Below are positions 47,608-52,477 of a stretch of 52,477 bases of DNA, piece after piece. This DNA comes from a virus. Lineage: Duplodnaviria > Caudoviricetes. The translations under genes were made by a program, and so were the position numbers. Positions within the stretch are counted from its first letter, which is position 1. Each line of letters begins with the position of its first letter. The notes beneath the pieces were generated by a model that worked only from the letters and a program-made list of their open reading frames with translations, made no database searches and was not told the origin of the DNA. The stretch is from positions 1 through 52,477 of IMG/VR virus record IMGVR_UViG_3300033182_000988, one strand, 5' to 3'.

Positions 47608-47820
47608 TTATCTAGGGGGTTTCTTTTTCAAGGGGAATAGTTCTGATGGATTTGTTAGGAATTGCTGATGCACCATTTCACCCAGTTCATCAGCACACTG
47701 ACACCACACCTTTCTCAGTTCTTTTGCTGCTGGGTCTTTATTAGAAAGCAACTCAAACCATTCTCGCCAGAGGGCAGCACATTCATCAGACTTCTTTTGG
47801 AGATGAGGTTCCTTGTACAC
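47608..47820 (-). CDS. Hypothetical protein
   Basis: 70-aa ORF, GTG start, TATAAATA at 47863-47870. Confidence 0.65.
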   Translation of the reverse strand: MYKEPHLQKKSDECAALWREWFELLSNKDPAAKELRKVWCQCADELGEMVHQQFLTNPSELFPLKKKPPR

Positions 47821-47944
47821 TGGAACCCTCTGTATGGGTTGTGTGCCCTAGACTTCTGTTACTATTTATACCAGGACGAAACAATTGGGGCCATGTGTCC
47901 TGAATGATTTCTCTAAGTTTATCTGGTGTTTCAGAACTAATCAT
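47786..47944 (-). CDS. Small hypothetical protein (52 aa)
   Basis: Manual translation MISSETPDKLREIIQDTWPQLFRPG...; ATGA overlap with upstream gene. Confidence 0.55.
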   Translation of the reverse strand: MISSETPDKLREIIQDTWPQLFRPGINSNRSLGHTTHTEGSSVQGTSSPKEV

Positions 47945-48141
47945 TTAACACAAGAAGTTTGTTGGTAGTTTATGTCATTCCAATGTCTCACCGCATTAGC
48001 CACGATAGCGACATTAGTAACCAGGTAAGAAACAAAAATAAGGGTGCGTATCCAAGCAATAGTATCTGATTCTCGGTCATTTCGTCCATGCTTCTCACCT
48101 AATGCCTTTGCCCAAAGTCTCCAGAATTTACCCTTTCGCAT
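47941..48141 (-). CDS. Small membrane protein
   Basis: WRLWAKALGEK followed by a TM segment. Confidence 0.7.
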   Translation of the reverse strand: MRKGKFWRLWAKALGEKHGRNDRESDTIAWIRTLIFVSYLVTNVAIVANAVRHWNDINYQQTSCVK

Positions 48142-48310
48142 CTACTTTCATCTCTCTCATTCCTTTACATTCAACTCCACGTCTAAACATTGACATCATT
48201 GATTCTTGTGCAGAGATCATATCAAAGTAAACGGCAACTTTATCTTCACCCTGGTAAACATAATCAACACAGTAGAACCCAGTTTGAAGAGGATCTTTTC
48301 TTTTTTTCAT
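48128..48310 (-). CDS. Hypothetical protein
   Basis: ORF from ATG at 48310 (MKKRKDPLQ). Confidence 0.55.
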   Translation of the reverse strand: MKKRKDPLQTGFYCVDYVYQGEDKVAVYFDMISAQESMMSMFRRGVECKGMREMKVDAKG

Positions 48311-48312
48311 AT

Positions 48313-48447
48313 TTACCAATTATGATAAAGTTTCGGAGAAAGATAAGGACGTTTAAAAACTTGCTTTAGAGTAAGAGTTTCCAATTCTTGTTTTTGTTCT
48401 TGAGAAAGTTTACCCCAACGAAGAGTAGCAATAAGATTTTTTAGCAT
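48313..48447 (-). CDS. Small hypothetical protein (44 aa)
   Basis: MLKNLIATLRWGKLSQEQKQELETLTLKQVFKRPYLSPKLYHNW*; AAAGGA and TGcTATAAT upstream. Confidence 0.55.
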   Translation of the reverse strand: MLKNLIATLRWGKLSQEQKQELETLTLKQVFKRPYLSPKLYHNW

Positions 48448-48479
48448 TCCTTTATGTTTGTAAAGAACCATTATAGCAT

Positions 48480-48502
48480 AAAAAAGACCCTTTCGGGTCT
48501 TG
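48480..48502 (-). terminator. psbD terminator
   Basis: AAGACCC-GAAA-GGGTCTTTTTT. Confidence 0.85.
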
Positions 48503-48506
48503 ATAA

Positions 48507-49568
48507 TTAAAGTGCGTTGCCCCTCGGCAAGACTTCCTCTGGGAAGATAAAGTTTTCGTGTGGTTGGTCAACTGGTGCCATCCAGGCACGAAGACCTTCG
48601 TTAAGAAGAATGTTCTTAGTATAGAACGTCTCAAATTCTGGATCTTCTGCCGCTCTAATCTCCTGACTCACAAAGTCATAAGCACGCAGGTTAAGTGCAA
48701 GACCGATAATGCCGATAGAAGAAACCCAAAGACCCATAACGGGTACAAAAAGCATAAAGAAGTGAAGCCAACGCTTATTGCTAAAGGCAATACCAAAGAT
48801 CTGAGACCAGAAACGGTTCGCAGTAACCATTGAATAGGTTTCCTCTTCTTGGGTAGGTTCAAAACCTTTGAAGGTATTTGCTTGTTCACCATCTTGATAG
48901 AGAGTATTCTCTACTGTAACACCATGAATTGCAGAAAGCAATGCACCGCCAAGGATACCTGCAACACCCATCATATGAAACGGGTTGAGCGTCCAGTTGT
49001 GGAAACCCTGTAGGAAGAGTAAGAAGCGGAAAATCGCTGCAACACCAAAGGAAGGTGCGAAGAACCAACTGGATTGTCCGAGAGGATACATGAGAAACAC
49101 ACTGACAAAAACAGCGATAGGCCCAGAGAATGCGATTGCGTTATAAGGTCTGATACCAACCAGACGAGCAATCTCAAACTGACGTAACATGAATCCTATA
49201 AGAGCGAAGGCTCCGTGGAGCGCCACAAAAGTCCAGAGTCCCCCAAGTTGGCACCATCGGACGAAATCCCCTTGAGCTTCAGGACCCCAGAGAAGAAGAA
49301 GAGAATGACCCATAGAATCTGCTGGAGTACTAACTGCCGCAGTAAGAAAGTTTGCACCCTCAAGATAGGAGGATACAATCCCATGAGTGTACCAACTCGT
49401 AACGAAAGTTGTCCCAGTAAGCCAACCACCAATAGCAAGATAAGCTGTGGGAAAAAGAAGAAGTCCAGACCAGCCAACAAAAACGAAACGATCTCTCTTA
49501 AGCCAATCGTCAAGGACATCAAACCACCCCCTTTGTTGAATAGGTTGTGAAAGTGTTGAAGATACCAT
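48507..49568 (-). CDS. psbD: Photosystem II D2 protein
   Basis: [17 protein letters not shown]...[10 protein letters not shown]; uninterrupted. Confidence 0.99.
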   Translation of the reverse strand: MVSSTLSQPIQQRGWFDVLDDWLKRDRFVFVGWSGLLLFPTAYLAIGGWLTGTTFVTSWYTHGIVSSYLEGANFLTAAVSTPADSMGHSLLLLWGPEAQGDFVRWCQLGGLWTFVALHGAFALIGFMLRQFEIARLVGIRPYNAIAFSGPIAVFVSVFLMYPLGQSSWFFAPSFGVAAIFRFLLFLQGFHNWTLNPFHMMGVAGILGGALLSAIHGVTVENTLYQDGEQANTFKGFEPTQEEETYSMVTANRFWSQIFGIAFSNKRWLHFFMLFVPVMGLWVSSIGIIGLALNLRAYDFVSQEIRAAEDPEFETFYTKNILLNEGLRAWMAPVDQPHENFIFPEEVLPRGNAL

Positions 49569-49590
49569 TATCCTCCTAAGTAACTTTTCT

Positions 49591-49624
49591 TATTTAGTTT
49601 ACATTACTTTACAATATAAGTCAA
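49591..49624 (-). promoter_or_regulatory. psbD promoter: TTGACT-N17-TAAACT with overlapping CTAAATA late motif and HLR1-like repeat
   Basis: Motifs read directly; TTTACATT-AC-TTTACAAT at 49598-49615. Confidence 0.65.
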
Positions 49625-49701
49625 TAGGAAGTTTTACTTATGGTGATTAAGGTAGTTTATTAGGTTTTGTAGAGTTTGTGTATCTTCTCCACACCAACCT
49701 A

Positions 49702-52197
49702 TCATACTATTACAGTTGATAGATTTCCAGAGTCGTCCACGATCAGTCTGTACTCGGTTCCGTTTGGAGATGTAAGAACCAGTCCAACTGAAGTGTTAAC
49801 GCCAACATTAACATCACTCTGGAATGTAGAAATACCAGATACATTCAGAGTGTCTGTCTCTGTGTGACCTGTTACATCAATACCAGAAGCAGTAGTATTA
49901 AGTTTTTTATTTCCTAAATGATAGAGTTGTGCTTCACCAGTAGAACCTTCTACTTGAATTCCAAGGAAAGCACTAGTCTTATATGCCCAGAGTCTTAAAT
50001 TTTCATTAGAAGCATATTGATTGATATCAAATCTACCAGTGTTATTCTGAATAACAGAATAGCTATTCCACCAAAGAGAAAGATTATTATCAAAGTCTAA
50101 TACACCAGTTCCATCAATACTTACATTATTTTGGAATGTAGAAATACCAGATACATTTAGAGTGTCTGTCTCTGTGTGACCTGTTACATCAATACCAGAA
50201 GCAGTGGTTTTAAGTTTCTTGGAGTTGTCGTAGTAAAGTTCAAAAGCACCATTATGTAAACCTTGAGCAAAAATACCATATCCTCCACTAGAATCATCTT
50301 GAAGGTATACGTTGTTACCACGTAATGTTAATCCACCAGTACCAACATCTTCAATGATATTGGAGAAGCCATTATGATAAATTTGCAAATCTTCTCCATT
50401 ACCTAAAATAATCTTATCATTATCACCAAGATATACATCATCACTAAATGTAGAAATACCAGAAACAACCAGTGAGTTAGTTCTTACGTCGGCGGTTGTA
50501 ATACCACTGCCACCAGATCCATTAGAAGCAGCAGTAATACGTCCTTGAGCATCAACAGTGATATCTGCATTAGTGTATGAACCAGCACTTACCGCAGTGT
50601 TAGCAAGTTCATCTGGTCCAATAACATTGTCATCAATAGTCCAAGTAGCACCAGAGTTTGAAACTGTGATATCTCCTTTGTCACCATCACTGATTCCACC
50701 ACCGCCGCCGCCAGATGAAGTAATGGTTACGTTTCCTGTGGATTGATTAATAGAAATACCAGAGCCAGCAGTGATAGATGTTACTATTCCAGTTAAACTA
50801 GAACCAGATGCACCAGCAGTAATGAACCCAACATTATTAGTTAAGTCTCCAGTATCTGATGGGATAGTCGGTTTGTTGGTAAGGTCATTATAGTCGCCAG
50901 AGAATGTTGCAACTCCCGCAACAGCACTAGTGACGTATCCTTCTGTTGCGTATCCAACTACACTGTGGTCTCCCCAAGAGTATGCGGTATTCCAATTAGA
51001 AATCTGAATGTTTGTAATAGTGCTTGCGGCACCAGTAAAGGTTGCCGAAATACCAGTTAAGTTTGATCCATCTCCAGAGAAAGAAGTCGCAGTAATTACA
51101 CCAGAATAATTTGCATTTCCAGAACTAGTGATTGTCAGACCACTACCAATAGTAATTGAGTCATCATAACCATCTAAAGTTATGGATCCAGTTCCAATGG
51201 TCAGAATGCCAGTTACTCTAGCGTCTCCAGTTACAACAAGTTCTTCTGAAAAAGTTGTAGAACCACCAACACGAACTTTGGTGGAAGTTACAATCCCAAC
51301 ACTCATTCCCAGAGAAGAAGTGTTCCCCAAAAGGAGAGTATCATTTAAATCTTGTGACCCTGCACCAACAGAAGAAAACTCAAACTTACCAATTGTATGA
51401 TTATACTTTAAAAACTTACCATCATAAAAAGATGGGTTAGTTGCGATACCAACTATATCATCAAGATATTGGAGCTTTGTTTCTCCACCACCACCTATGG
51501 TAGAGAGTTGTTGCTGAACTCTATTAATAAAAAGTTTGTAATGTGCCTGTAGTTGATCAAGGGTAACAAAGTTCTGATCTAATGGTGTCAGTGAATCATT
51601 ATTATCAGTTGAAGGAGGCTCGTTTAGAAGACCTTCTTGTAGAGTTTGATACTCTACACCAATCTTATCTAACTTCTCATTGATGAGATCTTCGTTTGCT
51701 TTAGTGTTCTTTCTAAGTTCTTGGAATACCTCTTCTCTTAACGCATAAAGAGAACTTGAAGACTTTTTAATATACTCTTCTACTGCAATAACACTTGCTC
51801 TAAGTTTATTAACATCCTTAATCTCTTCTCTGAAGTAGACCTTAATTGTTTCTTCAGTCTCAGCAATTCTTTCTTCAAGAGTTTCATACAACTCTTTCTT
51901 GAGTTCTCTAATTCTGGTTTCAGTTCTTAAATCAGATTGTAGAACTTGCTTCTTATACTTGGGAAGTTGATTCTGTTTAATGTCATTACAGATATTATAT
52001 ACTTCAATGACATGATCTTTGTAGGAAGAAAGTTCTTTCCTATTAGAATTTAGAATTTGCTCTTGAATATTTTTAAAGGCACTATCAATCAAAGACACTG
52101 AATGAGAAATGTCTTCTTCCAGTGTTTGTTTTTCAGATTCTTCTACAACTTCAATGACTTCATTCGTTTTGTCAAAAAGTTGGGATGGACTAATCAT
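49702..52197 (-). CDS. Coiled-coil plus tail fibre-like protein
   Basis: About 190 aa of coiled coil, then fibre modules (GDYNDLTNKP, TVDAQGRIT, DLQIYHN); CTAAATA upstream. Confidence 0.7.
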   Translation of the reverse strand: MISPSQLFDKTNEVIEVVEESEKQTLEEDISHSVSLIDSAFKNIQEQILNSNRKELSSYKDHVIEVYNICNDIKQNQLPKYKKQVLQSDLRTETRIRELKKELYETLEERIAETEETIKVYFREEIKDVNKLRASVIAVEEYIKKSSSSLYALREEVFQELRKNTKANEDLINEKLDKIGVEYQTLQEGLLNEPPSTDNNDSLTPLDQNFVTLDQLQAHYKLFINRVQQQLSTIGGGGETKLQYLDDIVGIATNPSFYDGKFLKYNHTIGKFEFSSVGAGSQDLNDTLLLGNTSSLGMSVGIVTSTKVRVGGSTTFSEELVVTGDARVTGILTIGTGSITLDGYDDSITIGSGLTITSSGNANYSGVITATSFSGDGSNLTGISATFTGAASTITNIQISNWNTAYSWGDHSVVGYATEGYVTSAVAGVATFSGDYNDLTNKPTIPSDTGDLTNNVGFITAGASGSSLTGIVTSITAGSGISINQSTGNVTITSSGGGGGGISDGDKGDITVSNSGATWTIDDNVIGPDELANTAVSAGSYTNADITVDAQGRITAASNGSGGSGITTADVRTNSLVVSGISTFSDDVYLGDNDKIILGNGEDLQIYHNGFSNIIEDVGTGGLTLRGNNVYLQDDSSGGYGIFAQGLHNGAFELYYDNSKKLKTTASGIDVTGHTETDTLNVSGISTFQNNVSIDGTGVLDFDNNLSLWWNSYSVIQNNTGRFDINQYASNENLRLWAYKTSAFLGIQVEGSTGEAQLYHLGNKKLNTTASGIDVTGHTETDTLNVSGISTFQSDVNVGVNTSVGLVLTSPNGTEYRLIVDDSGNLSTVIV
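49820..50205. repeat. 74-bp in-frame direct repeat (49820-49893 and 50132-50205)
   Basis: One mismatch, 312 bp apart; encodes TASGIDVTGHTETDTLNVSGISTFQ. Confidence 0.9.
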
Positions 52198-52269
52198 TCT
52201 ATGATATTGACCTTTTTAGTATTTAGATAATAACAGAAATCTATTAGTTTTGCAAGTGCTTGATTCCAT

Positions 52270-52299
52270 AAAAAAGGGTCTCAATGAGACCCCCTTTTT
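52270..52299 (-). terminator. psbA terminator
   Basis: GGGTCTCA/TGAGACCC hairpin with flanking A and T tracts. Confidence 0.8.
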
Positions 52300-52320
52300 A
52301 TTATTCAGTTTTTATGAAAC

Positions 52321-52477
<157 letters not shown>

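Noticed and set aside
48507-49568. Intron or intein in psbD
   Set aside because: The ORF is continuous and of normal length
49820-50205. Diversity-generating retroelement template/variable repeat pair
   Set aside because: Only one mismatch, both copies are in-frame in one gene, and no reverse transcriptase is in the window
95-51400. Many short antisense or alternate-frame ORFs in the track (e.g. 95-385, 17963-18301, 38728-39087, 49215-49550)
   Set aside because: They lie wholly within well-supported genes and lack motifs; shadow ORFs

Overview
This is a 52.5-kb segment of a T4-like cyanophage (Synechococcus/Prochlorococcus-type myovirus) genome, mostly coded on the minus strand. About 1-22 kb is a cluster of tail-fibre and large virion structural genes, including a PA14-domain protein, a protein with plant-type leucine-rich repeats, two 1.2-kaa paralogs and a 2294-aa protein. 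About 22-23 kb holds two atypical tRNAs and a candidate sRNA. About 23-38 kb is baseplate/tail/head-completion genes (gp5, gp51, gp26, gp4, gp2, gp48, gp53) with cp12 embedded. About 38-43 kb carries gp32, gp59, gp33, an exonuclease, phoH and thyX. About 43-52.5 kb has many small ORFs, a glutamine riboswitch, a GIY-YIG-like endonuclease, glutaredoxin, talC, psbD, a tail-fibre-like gene and the 3' end of psbA. Most notable are a glnA-type glutamine riboswitch whose P3 loop contains an entire 64-codon ORF, a long-variable-arm tRNA-Thr, an HLR1 (RpaB) box over the psbD promoter and the LRR/PA14 tail module. All calls come from reading motifs by eye; no database searches were run.
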